From assembly GCA_017553205.1 (NCBI GenBank), contig JAFZMV010000021.1:6571-70570 (forward strand): a stretch of 64,000 bases of DNA, written 5' to 3'. Below are positions 55,964-64,000 of this stretch, in pieces. The notes beneath the pieces were generated by a model, which was given only the letters and a program-made list of their open reading frames with translations, ran no database searches and was not told the origin of the DNA. Each line of letters begins with the position of its first letter. Positions within the stretch are counted from its first letter, which is position 1. Origin of the DNA: Selenomonadaceae bacterium. GTDB taxonomy: Bacteria; Bacillota; Negativicutes; Selenomonadales; Selenomonadaceae. The translations under genes were made by a program, and so were the position numbers.

Positions 55964-57251
55964 CGATATGATTTCGCAGGCTGAAATTGATGCACTTTTG
56001 GCAGGCGGAGCGGTCGGTGACGATACCGGTGGCGGAGATACAGGCGATTCAGGCGGCTCATCTTCTTCAGAGGGTAGAGATTTTTCTGAAGTTTTGTCTG
56101 ATATTGAAAAAGACGCACTCGGAGAAATTGGAAATATTTCAATGGGAAGTGCGGCTACTACACTTTCCACTTTGTTGAGTCATAAGGTTTCTATTACAAC
56201 GCCGACTGTTTCTGTTGCTACTATGAGTATCATTCAGGAACATTATCCCATGCCTTATCTCGTCGTTGAAGTCGGATATACAATCGGTATCGACGGAAAT
56301 AATGTTTTAGCTATTCAGGCAAGCGACGCGGCAATTATTGCGGACTTGATGATGGGCGGAGACGGAACTAACCCAGACCAAAATTTAAGTGAGATTCATA
56401 TGAGTGCTGTCGGCGAATCAATGAATCAGATGATGGGTGCGGTTGCTACAAGTCTTTCAACCATGTTCAATAAAAAAATTGATATTTCGCCGCCTATAGT
56501 AAATCTCGTCGATTTCGGAAAAGAAGAAGTTATCACCGAAATGGCGAAAAATACTGATCCGATCGTAAGAATTTCATTTAAAATGGAAGTCGACGGACTT
56601 ATTGACAGCGAAATTATGCAGATTCTGCCAGTAACCGTTGCAAAGGATATGGTAAAATCTTTGATGGGCGGCGGAGATGAAACGCCCGCACCTTCTCCTG
56701 ATGTTGCTCCTCCACCTTCAGCACCTCCTCCACCACAACAACAGGCAGCACCTCCTCCACCGCAACAGCAGTATGCACCACCACCACAGCAACAGTATGC
56801 ACCACCGCCGCAACAGCAGTACGCACCGCCACCGCAACAGCAGTACGCACCGCCACCACAGCAACAGTACGCACCACCGCCTCCGGGCTACGGATATGGA
56901 GGACCTCCAATGCAACCGAATGTTGTAACAAATATGCCGGTTTCTCCGGCACAGTTCATGCCACTTTCAATGGAACCTGTACAGGTCAACGAAGCAAATA
57001 TCGGATTGATTCTCGATGTACCTTTGCAAGTTACGGTTGAACTCGGCAGAACAAAAAAATCTATCAAAGAAGTTTTGGAACTTTCCAACGGCTCAATCGT
57101 CGAGCTTGATAAACTGGCTGGCGAACCCGTTGAAATTCAAGTAAACGGTCATTTTCTTGCTAAGGGCGAAGTCGTCGTTATTGATGAAAATTTTGGTGTC
57201 AGAATAACCGAAATTGCAAGCCCTGCAGAACGTGCGTCACGCCTTATGTAA
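55956..57251 (+). CDS. fliY: Flagellar motor switch phosphatase FliY (CheC-like domain + P/Q-rich linker + FliN domain)
   Basis: LSQAEIDALL; CheC-like EKDALGEIGNISMG and MSAVGESMNQMMG; C-terminal FliN (LDVPLQVTVELGRTK..). The ATG overlaps the fliM stop (ATGAGTGA). Confidence 0.9.
   Translation: MSDDMISQAEIDALLAGGAVGDDTGGGDTGDSGGSSSSEGRDFSEVLSDIEKDALGEIGNISMGSAATTLSTLLSHKVSITTPTVSVATMSIIQEHYPMPYLVVEVGYTIGIDGNNVLAIQASDAAIIADLMMGGDGTNPDQNLSEIHMSAVGESMNQMMGAVATSLSTMFNKKIDISPPIVNLVDFGKEEVITEMAKNTDPIVRISFKMEVDGLIDSEIMQILPVTVAKDMVKSLMGGGDETPAPSPDVAPPPSAPPPPQQQAAPPPPQQQYAPPPQQQYAPPPQQQYAPPPQQQYAPPPQQQYAPPPPGYGYGGPPMQPNVVTNMPVSPAQFMPLSMEPVQVNEANIGLILDVPLQVTVELGRTKKSIKEVLELSNGSIVELDKLAGEPVEIQVNGHFLAKGEVVVIDENFGVRITEIASPAERASRLM
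56764..56883 (+). repeat. In-frame 24-nt tandem repeat (5 units, QQQYAPPP) in the fliY linker
   Basis: caacagcagta[t/c]gcaccaccaccaca-type units repeated five times with synonymous variation. Confidence 0.9.
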
Positions 57252-57290
57252 TTGGGAATGGGGAATTAGAAATGAGGAATTAAATTTTCT
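57251..57290. repeat. GGAA-heptad element, copy 4 (fliY-cheY spacer; mainly one arm)
   Basis: attgggaa tggggaa ttagaaa tgaggaa ttaaattttc, starting at the last base of the fliY stop codon. Confidence 0.7.
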
Positions 57291-57318
57291 GATTCTGCAC
57301 TCCATATTGAAAAATTTC

Positions 57319-57347
57319 TTGCCGATTTTAAATATATCGGTTATAAT
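57319..57347 (+). promoter_or_regulatory. Internal sigma-70-type promoter upstream of cheY
   Basis: TTGCCG, 17-nt spacer, TATAAT. Confidence 0.5.
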
Positions 57348-57401
57348 TGCCGAAATTGTTTTAAAGTGTTATTTAAACCAAAGAATGGGGAGAGATGGAT
57401 T

Positions 57402-57764
57402 ATGGCAATACGAGTGTTAGTCGTTGATGATGCGGCTTTTATGAGAATGATGGTTAAAGATATTCTTAGCAAAAACGGATACGAAGTTGTCGGCGAGGCC
57501 GAAAATGGCATGAAGGCTGTTGAAAAATACAACGAGTTGCACCCGGATTTGACAACTATGGATATTACCATGCCGGAAATGGATGGAATTTCTGCTGTCA
57601 AAGCTATCAAAAAAATTGATCCTAATGCAAAAATCGTTATGTGCAGTGCTATGGGTCAGCAGGCAATGGTTATTGAAGCTATTCAAGCGGGTGCTCGTGA
57701 CTTCATTGTTAAGCCGTTCCAAGCTGACCGCGTACTTGAGGCAGTGCGTAAAGCTGTCGGCTAA
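57402..57764 (+). CDS. cheY: Chemotaxis response regulator CheY
   Basis: RVLVVDDAAFMRMM..DLTTMDITMPEMDG..SAMGQ..KPF. ATG 57402 after GGGGAGAG. Confidence 0.93.
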   Translation: MAIRVLVVDDAAFMRMMVKDILSKNGYEVVGEAENGMKAVEKYNELHPDLTTMDITMPEMDGISAVKAIKKIDPNAKIVMCSAMGQQAMVIEAIQAGARDFIVKPFQADRVLEAVRKAVG

Positions 57765-58273
57765 TGAGTCGAAAAATTAGAATTTTTTTGCCGATCGCAT
57801 TCGCGTTTTTGTGCGTGATTTTAAATTTTGATTGTGGAACGTTGGAAGCTGCAGGCGGTTATTTGGAGGGTTATGAAGAAGTCCAGCCGAAACCTACTGC
57901 AGTTTCTTGGTGGTCTACGTTAGCTTATTTGTTAAGTCTGCTTGCTGTCTTTGCGGTCGTGGTTATCATGGCGTATTTTGCGGCGAAATTTATCGGCGGA
58001 CGTTTTAACGCACGAATGTCGACAGGCGGCGGCAAAGTGTTAGAAAATTTACCGTTGGGGCCAAATCGCTCTGTCTGCATTGTTGAAATAGCGGGCAGAG
58101 TGTTTTTATTGGGAGTAACTGACGGCAGCATAACTTTGCTCGGTGAAATTACCGACAATGACATGATTGCACATTTGCATGAACAAAGTTTGGCAGGAGA
58201 TATTTTTGCTCAAGATTTCGGCTCATTCTCGGACTTGGTGAAAAAAATTCCGCCGATTTTTAAGAAAAAGTGA
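57764..58273 (+). CDS. fliO: Flagellar biosynthesis protein FliO (FliZ)
   Basis: TM helix followed by ..VLENLPLGPNRSVCIVEIAGRVFLLGVTDGSITLL.., typical of FliO. Confidence 0.8.
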   Translation: MSRKIRIFLPIAFAFLCVILNFDCGTLEAAGGYLEGYEEVQPKPTAVSWWSTLAYLLSLLAVFAVVVIMAYFAAKFIGGRFNARMSTGGGKVLENLPLGPNRSVCIVEIAGRVFLLGVTDGSITLLGEITDNDMIAHLHEQSLAGDIFAQDFGSFSDLVKKIPPIFKKK

Positions 58274-58277
58274 TTCA

Positions 58278-59021
58278 ATGTTGTCAAAATTATATTACGC
58301 ACTGATAATTTTATTTTTTATCACGAATACAGCCGATGCCGCACCTTTGATTCCAAGCGTAAATGTTGGTGTAGGTACGGCAGAAAATCCGCAGGACGTT
58401 TCGTCAACTCTGCAGATCATGGCGGTTCTGACTATCGCGACGATTGCCCCGGGAATTTTATTGATGACAACTTCTTTTGTCAGAATTGTAGTCATTATAG
58501 GATTTTTGCGGAACGCGATAGCAACCCAGAATGTCCCGCCGAACCAAGTTATCATAGGTTTGGCGATGTTTTTGACATTCTACATAATGGCACCATATTG
58601 GAGCGTGGCAAATGAACAGGGAATACAACCGTATTTAAACGGACAAATTTCTCAAGAAGAGGCGTTGGACAACACACTTGCTCCGATTCGTGAATTTATG
58701 TTCAGGCAGACACGCGAGGCAGATATTGCACTTTTCGTAAATTTATCTGACGCGGAAAGACCGGAAACACAAGAAGACGTTTCAACTTTTGTTTTAATTC
58801 CTGCGTTTATGATAAGCGAACTTAAGACGGCTTTTCAAATCGGATTTATGATTTATGTGCCGTTCATTGTAATTGATATGATTGTTGCAACGACTCTCAT
58901 GTCAATGGGTATGATGATGTTGCCGCCGGTTATGATTTCTCTGCCGTTTAAAATTCTTCTGTTCGTTATGATAGACGGCTGGCATTTGCTGATAAATTCA
59001 ATTATTACAAGTTTCAGGTGA
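58278..59021 (+). CDS. fliP: Flagellar export apparatus protein FliP
   Basis: ..LTIATIAPGILLMTTSFVRIVVIIGFLRNA..; conserved FliP core. Confidence 0.93.
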   Translation: MLSKLYYALIILFFITNTADAAPLIPSVNVGVGTAENPQDVSSTLQIMAVLTIATIAPGILLMTTSFVRIVVIIGFLRNAIATQNVPPNQVIIGLAMFLTFYIMAPYWSVANEQGIQPYLNGQISQEEALDNTLAPIREFMFRQTREADIALFVNLSDAERPETQEDVSTFVLIPAFMISELKTAFQIGFMIYVPFIVIDMIVATTLMSMGMMMLPPVMISLPFKILLFVMIDGWHLLINSIITSFR

Positions 59022-59030
59022 GGACAAAAA

Positions 59031-59300
59031 ATGTCTGGAGATTTAGTAATACAGCTTGGGCAGGAAGCGTTAATGATGGTTATAATAGTTTCCGCTCCTA
59101 TGTTGGGACTTGGTTTGAGCGTCGGTCTTATGGTCAGCGTATTTCAGGCGACAACTTCAATTCAAGAGCAGACGCTGGCATTTATCCCGAAAATTATTGC
59201 AGTGTTTATAGCGGTTTTGATTTTTGGTCCGTGGATGCTCAGTTTGATGACAGAATTTTTCATGGGAATTTTTGTAAATCTGCCTTTACGAATTAGTTAA
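59031..59300 (+). CDS. fliQ: Flagellar export apparatus protein FliQ
   Basis: 89 aa; ..SAPMLGLGLSVGLMVSVFQATTSIQEQTLAFIPK.. Confidence 0.92.
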   Translation: MSGDLVIQLGQEALMMVIIVSAPMLGLGLSVGLMVSVFQATTSIQEQTLAFIPKIIAVFIAVLIFGPWMLSLMTEFFMGIFVNLPLRIS

Positions 59301-59319
59301 ACATTGGAGAAAGTGCGTT

Positions 59320-60114
59320 TTGACGGAAATAGATCTTTATGACATATTTCAAGGACAGGTTGCGGCATTTCTGCTGGTGTTGACAAGGACGAGCGGAATT
59401 TTTTTAATTTCGCCATTCTTCGGCAGTTTGAATGTTCCGATTCAATTTAGAGCGGCGGCGGCAATTACGATGGCAATGGTAATTTTTCCCGTAATTGTTC
59501 GTGAAACTGTCGTAACTGCTCCCGCAACCGTCTTAATGTTCGCGGCTACGGTTATTCAGGAAATGTTTATAGGCTGGCTGATAGGTTTTATAGCTTTCGT
59601 AGTTATGGCGGCAATAAATATGGCAGGAAAAATTATGGACCTGCAAATTGGTTTTGCAGTTGCAAACGTCATGGATCCTACTTCCGGACAACAGTCGCCG
59701 CTTATCGGAAGTTTTTTTTATAACTTGTCTGTAATTTATTTTCTGATTGTCAACGGTCATCACATGATTATAACGGGCTTGGTTGAAAGTTTTCGATCTG
59801 TTCCGATTGACAGCATTGTTTGGAATCCCGCATTGACAGATTTTATGATTAATTTGACAAATGGAGTTTTTTTGACAGGAATGAAAATTGCAATGCCTGT
59901 AACTTTCGCAATTTTGATAACTAACGTTGGAATGGGAATACTTGCAAGAACCATGCCGCAGATGAATATTTTTGTTGTCGGTATTCCGATGCACTTGATG
60001 ATTGGACTTTTCATGCTGGCTATGCTTATGCCGTTTTATGTTTTGTTTTTGGACGTGATGTTTAGTGGAATGTATTCAAGCATTTCAACAGCAATTAAAC
60101 TTATTTCCCCATGA
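59320..60114 (+). CDS. fliR: Flagellar export apparatus protein FliR
   Basis: FLLVLTRTSGIFLISPFFG.. and a 6-TM pattern. TTG start. Confidence 0.88.
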   Translation: MTEIDLYDIFQGQVAAFLLVLTRTSGIFLISPFFGSLNVPIQFRAAAAITMAMVIFPVIVRETVVTAPATVLMFAATVIQEMFIGWLIGFIAFVVMAAINMAGKIMDLQIGFAVANVMDPTSGQQSPLIGSFFYNLSVIYFLIVNGHHMIITGLVESFRSVPIDSIVWNPALTDFMINLTNGVFLTGMKIAMPVTFAILITNVGMGILARTMPQMNIFVVGIPMHLMIGLFMLAMLMPFYVLFLDVMFSGMYSSISTAIKLISP

Positions 60115-61228
60115 AAATTTAATTTACGAGAAAAATTTTTTCAATCTTCAGCGTTTTGCGGAAGGTGAAAAAACTGAAGAACCGACTGCAAAAAAACGCG
60201 GTGACGCAAGAAAAAAAGGGCAAGTCGCAAAAAGTCAGGAACTCAACGCGGCTTTTGTACTTTTGGCGGGTTTTCTCGGACTTAAAATTTTATGGGAGTT
60301 TATTTACGGAAATATTGCGGGATATGCGACGCATGTTTTTTCTAATCTCGCTTATACTACCACTACAGAAACAATCAGCGAACTTTTTTTGGGAATAATG
60401 GTTCTTCTTGGAAAAACTGCTCTGCCGATAATGTTGGGAATCATGGTTTTTGGACTTGCGGTAAATTTTTATCAAGTAGGATTTGTTATTTCTACTGAAC
60501 CGCTCGGCTTTAAACTTGACAAACTTAATCCCATAAACGGTTTCGGCAGAATTTTTTCAAAGCGTTCATTGGTTGAGCTTGTAAAATCCATTTTCAAAAT
60601 TATTGTTATAGGATTTTTCTTGTATCTCTTTTTGAAAGATGAAATTCCGTACATGCCGTATTTTATTTATTACGACTTGACACACAGCATGACGGAAATA
60701 GCCGACAAAATTTTTGCTATGGCTTTTCAGGTAATTGCGGTTATAATGGTGCTTGCCGTCGCTGATTATGCTTATCAACAATGGCAGATGACGCAAGATT
60801 TGAAAATGACTAAACAAGAAGTCAAAGACGAATACAAGCAAACCGAAGGTGATCCGCAAATTAAAGGAAAAATCAAACAGAAACAAAGACAAATGGCGAT
60901 GCAAAGAATGATGCAGGAAGTTCCGAAAGCTGACGTTATCGTTACAAACCCTACTCACTTGGCGATAGCAATAATGTATCAGCCGGGAATGATTGCCCCT
61001 GTAGTTCTTGCTAAAGGTCAAGACTTGGTGGCGGAGAGAATTAAAGCCATCGCCCGCGAAAATCGAATAACGATTGTTGAAAATAAACCTCTTGCTCGTG
61101 CTTTATATGAAGCGGTTGAAGTCGGCGGAAGTGTTCCGCAGGAATTATATAAAGCCGTTGCTGAATTGTTGGCATATGTCTACAAGTTGAAAAATAAAAA
61201 AATTCGTCCGTCAAGTGCGGCGGCGTGA
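60065..61228 (+). CDS. flhB: Flagellar export switch protein FlhB
   Basis: ..FAEGEKTEEPTAKKRGDARKKGQVAKSQE.., autocleavage NPTH (VTNPTHLAIA). The only canonical in-frame start is GTG 60065, which overlaps fliR by 50 nt; the true start is uncertain. Confidence 0.88.
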   Translation: MECIQAFQQQLNLFPHENLIYEKNFFNLQRFAEGEKTEEPTAKKRGDARKKGQVAKSQELNAAFVLLAGFLGLKILWEFIYGNIAGYATHVFSNLAYTTTTETISELFLGIMVLLGKTALPIMLGIMVFGLAVNFYQVGFVISTEPLGFKLDKLNPINGFGRIFSKRSLVELVKSIFKIIVIGFFLYLFLKDEIPYMPYFIYYDLTHSMTEIADKIFAMAFQVIAVIMVLAVADYAYQQWQMTQDLKMTKQEVKDEYKQTEGDPQIKGKIKQKQRQMAMQRMMQEVPKADVIVTNPTHLAIAIMYQPGMIAPVVLAKGQDLVAERIKAIARENRITIVENKPLARALYEAVEVGGSVPQELYKAVAELLAYVYKLKNKKIRPSSAAA

Positions 61229-61231
61229 AAA

Positions 61232-61297
61232 CTAAGAATTAAAAATTAAAAATTGAAACAAATTTAATTCCTAATTCCTAAATCCCAATTCCTCATT
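61232..61297. repeat. GGAA-heptad element, copy 5 (flhB-flhA spacer, opposite orientation)
   Basis: ctaagaattaaaaattaaaaattgaaa .. ttaattc ctaattc ctaaatc ccaattc ctcatt. Confidence 0.7.
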
Positions 61298-61318
61298 GAA
61301 AAAAAGGGGCTGAGAAAA

Positions 61319-63406
61319 TTGGCTGCACCCGCAGGCAGTGTGTCCGGAGAATCTTTCTCGTTAGGCACATTCATACAAAAATACAGTGACGTTATTATCG
61401 CGGTGACATTGGTCATGATTGTCATAATGATGATTATACCTTTGCCGACCGTGCTTTTGGATTTTCTGATTTGTTTGAACATAACCATTGCACTGATAGT
61501 AATAATGAGTGCGATTTATAATGAAGAGGCACTGGATTTATCTGTTTTCCCATCTCTGCTCCTTGTGACGACTCTATTTCGATTAGCACTGAATATTTCT
61601 TCAACGCGATTGATTTTGATAAACGGTTATGCGGGAGAAGTTATAACGGCTTTCGGAAATTTCGTTGTCGGCGGTAATCCCGTTGTCGGTTTTATTATGT
61701 TTATAATCTTAGTCATTATAAACTTTATCGTTATTACAAAAGGTTCTGAACGTGTCGCGGAAGTTTCTGCACGTTTTACTTTGGACGCTATGCCCGGTAA
61801 GCAGATGTCTATTGACGCGGATTTGAATCAGGGTGCGATAACGGACGAAGAGGCAAAAGTCCGCCGCGAAAAAATTCAGCGTGAAGCGGATTTCTTCGGA
61901 GCTATGGACGGTGCTACGAAGTTCGTTAAAGGTGACGCGATCGCCGCAATTATTATCATGCTGATAAATATCGGCGGCGGTTTTGTTATCGGAATGGTTA
62001 TGAGAGATTTGGAGGCTGTCCAATCTCTTCAAACTTATACGCTTTTAACTGTCGGTGAAGGTCTTGTCAGTCAAATTCCTGCTCTGTTAATTTCAACTGC
62101 AACAGGTATTATTGTTACTCGTGCAGCATCTGAAGGAAACTTGGGCAACGACTTAGTTAAACAGCTTTTCAACAATGAAAGAGTTTTCTTTATAAACAGC
62201 GGAGTTTTGGCGTTACTTTCGATTGTTCCCGGTCTGCCCGGTATTCCGTTTTTCACGTTGGCATGTATTTGCGGATTTATAGGCTACAGTCTGCACAAAA
62301 AATCTATCGTACCTGATGAAGTTCGCGAAGAAGAACAGGAAAGCAAAGAACGTGCAGAAGCTACCAGACCCGAAAATATTGTTTCGCTCCTGCAAGTCGA
62401 TCCTATGGAATTAGAAATTGGTTATTCGTTAATTCCTTTGGTTGATACGGGACAAGGCGGCGACTTGCTCGACAGAATTGTTATGATTCGTCGTCAGTGT
62501 GCTTTGGAACTCGGTTTAGTTGTTCCTACTATCAGAATAAGAGATAACATTCAGATAAAACCTAACGCTTATATTGTCAAGTTGAAAGGCATGGAAATTG
62601 CAAGGGGTGAATTGATGTTAGATCATTTCTTGGCAATGAATTCGGGAACAGTTTTTGAAGAAGTGCCGGGCATTGAAACTATTGAACCTGCTTTCGGACT
62701 TCCTGCCTTGTGGATTCCTGAAAGTGAAAGAGAACAGGCAGAGTTAAACGGCTATACAGTTGTTGACGCGGTTTCTGTTTTGGCAACTCACTTGACGGAA
62801 ATTATTAAACAACATGCGTCTGAAATTCTCGGTCGTCAGGAAACTCAAAATCTTATCGACAACCTTGCAAAAACAAATCAGACTCTTGTCAACGAAGTTG
62901 TTCCAGAACTCATGGGAGTCGGAGAAATTCAAAAAGTTTTGGCTAACTTGCTCGACGAAAGAATATCTATTCGCGACATGGCGACAATCATGGAAGTTCT
63001 TGCGGATTATTCACGGGCGACAAAGGATACAGAAATTCTTACAGAATATGTCCGCCACGCAATGGCAAGACAAATTACACAGCAAGTTGTTCAAGGAAAT
63101 ACATTGCCCTGCGTCACTCTCGATCCTGCACTTGAAAACAGAATTGCGGGAGGAGTTCAAAGGACGGATCATGGCTCTTATGTCAGCTTGGATCCCGATT
63201 CAATGCGTCGCATGACATCTTCCTTGAATGCAGAGTTGGAAAAATTATCGAACATGGGTTATCAGCCTGTAGTTTTAACAAGTCCTGCGGTTCGTTTGTA
63301 CTTCAGAAAACTTGTTGCCCGCTCCGCACCCGGAATAATTATCGTTTCTCATGCAGAAATAAATCCGTCGGTAGAAATTCAAGTTCTCGGCGTTGTCAGA
63401 TTGTAA
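61319..63406 (+). CDS. flhA: Flagellar export apparatus protein FlhA
   Basis: ..RLILINGYAGEVITAFGNFVVGGN..VITKGSERVAEVSARFTLDAMPGKQMSIDADL..; full-length with a cytoplasmic C-domain. TTG start. Confidence 0.95.
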   Translation: MAAPAGSVSGESFSLGTFIQKYSDVIIAVTLVMIVIMMIIPLPTVLLDFLICLNITIALIVIMSAIYNEEALDLSVFPSLLLVTTLFRLALNISSTRLILINGYAGEVITAFGNFVVGGNPVVGFIMFIILVIINFIVITKGSERVAEVSARFTLDAMPGKQMSIDADLNQGAITDEEAKVRREKIQREADFFGAMDGATKFVKGDAIAAIIIMLINIGGGFVIGMVMRDLEAVQSLQTYTLLTVGEGLVSQIPALLISTATGIIVTRAASEGNLGNDLVKQLFNNERVFFINSGVLALLSIVPGLPGIPFFTLACICGFIGYSLHKKSIVPDEVREEEQESKERAEATRPENIVSLLQVDPMELEIGYSLIPLVDTGQGGDLLDRIVMIRRQCALELGLVVPTIRIRDNIQIKPNAYIVKLKGMEIARGELMLDHFLAMNSGTVFEEVPGIETIEPAFGLPALWIPESEREQAELNGYTVVDAVSVLATHLTEIIKQHASEILGRQETQNLIDNLAKTNQTLVNEVVPELMGVGEIQKVLANLLDERISIRDMATIMEVLADYSRATKDTEILTEYVRHAMARQITQQVVQGNTLPCVTLDPALENRIAGGVQRTDHGSYVSLDPDSMRRMTSSLNAELEKLSNMGYQPVVLTSPAVRLYFRKLVARSAPGIIIVSHAEINPSVEIQVLGVVRL

Positions 63407-63477
63407 GCAAAAAAATTTCCGGAGTCGGGAAAAAATTTCTCGGCTCTTTTTCTATAAAAATTTTTGGAGGGATTATC

Positions 63478-63786
63478 ATGAAAAAAATTCCACGCGGTTT
63501 AACCGACAAAGACATGGTAAAAAATTATATTGAAGAAGGAACTATCGAATCACAACTTTTGACGGCAGCGAAAAAAGCTGAAAAACTTCGTCTTATTGAA
63601 CAAGCTGAAGCACCGCCCGAACCTCTTGCAAAATCAGGATTCACAAAAGAACTCACTGAAAAATTGGGCATGGAACTTCTTGCCATGAAAATTGAGCTTT
63701 CAAATTCGGGCGTGAAAAGTTACAATTTCAAAATTAAACGCGACGGAGAAAAAATTATTTTGTCTGTCACTGATAAAAAATTTTAA
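63478..63786 (+). CDS. Hypothetical protein (102 aa) directly downstream of flhA
   Basis: GGAGGG upstream of the ATG. No family recognised. Confidence 0.5.
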   Translation: MKKIPRGLTDKDMVKNYIEEGTIESQLLTAAKKAEKLRLIEQAEAPPEPLAKSGFTKELTEKLGMELLAMKIELSNSGVKSYNFKIKRDGEKIILSVTDKKF

Positions 63787-63831
63787 TGAATTTATTTTAC
63801 TTACAAAAATTTTTTTGGGGAGGTGTATACA

Positions 63832-64000
63832 ATGAAATGTCATCGGTGCGGAAAAGAGTTAGAAGGCGGAGCGAAATGTATTTTCTGCGGTTATGAAAAT
63901 TCTGAGGGAAATGTCAGAGAAATGACGAGTGCTGAAAAAAATTTTTACAATGGTGTGACTATCGAAAGCGGAGAAAATTTTAAAAACGAAAATTTTAATC
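63832..64000 (+). CDS. Zinc-ribbon domain protein, 3' end outside the window
   Basis: MKCHRCGKELEGGAKCIFCGYEN (CxxC..CxxC). GGGGAGG upstream. Confidence 0.5.
   Translation, partial: MKCHRCGKELEGGAKCIFCGYENSEGNVREMTSAEKNFYNGVTIESGENFKNENFN

Noticed and set aside
56614-56952. Antisense and alternative-frame ORFs (His/Arg/Val-rich) over the fliY repeat region.
   Set aside because: They are artefacts of the GC-rich 24-nt tandem repeat, which is open in several frames. The FliY frame is continuous with conserved flanking domains.
59320-61228. Possible FliR-FlhB fusion, as known in some Clostridia.
   Set aside because: fliR ends with an in-frame TGA at 60112-60114, and flhB is in a different frame. 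There is no evidence for a fusion without a frameshift.

Overview
AT-rich (roughly one-third G+C by eye) bacterial chromosomal window. Gene content looks Firmicutes-like: a PolC-type replicase, FliY, a Bacillus-like flbD-fliL-fliM-fliY-cheY-fliO-P-Q-R-flhB-flhA order, a SpoVB/MurJ-type flippase and a STAS/anti-sigma-kinase pair. I can support about 60 protein genes, one tRNA-Leu(UAG), one decayed IS630-family element, several intrinsic terminators and a few sigma-70-type promoters. Most genes are housekeeping: metH, htrA, a PTS EIIABC, maf, rimO, queD, ftsZ, mreB, folC, polC, uvrB, pckA, dprA, amino-acid ABC parts and a flagellar export/switch operon. Items worth a second look: (1) a ~330-nt GC-rich, hairpin-bounded island between metH and htrA that looks like a structured RNA and that I could not assign to any classical RNA family; (2) a family of intergenic palindromic elements built from 7-nt GGAA-containing units, seen at five loci; (3) a topoisomerase-IA-like gene in the conserved dprA-topA position that appears to have lost the catalytic tyrosine and about 180 aa of core; (4) a PolC-type polymerase with no proofreading exonuclease domain; (5) a single-polypeptide Type ISP-like restriction-modification gene; (6) smaller oddities, including an orphan DNA methyltransferase next to ftsZ, a CheY-CheX fusion next to CheX, an XRE-methyltransferase fusion with a sigma-less partner-switching pair, in-frame tandem repeats in fliY and an amidase, near-identical terminator copies, and orphan ABC components. 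All calls come from by-eye motif recognition and recalled family knowledge. No searches were run. Start codons are best guesses.
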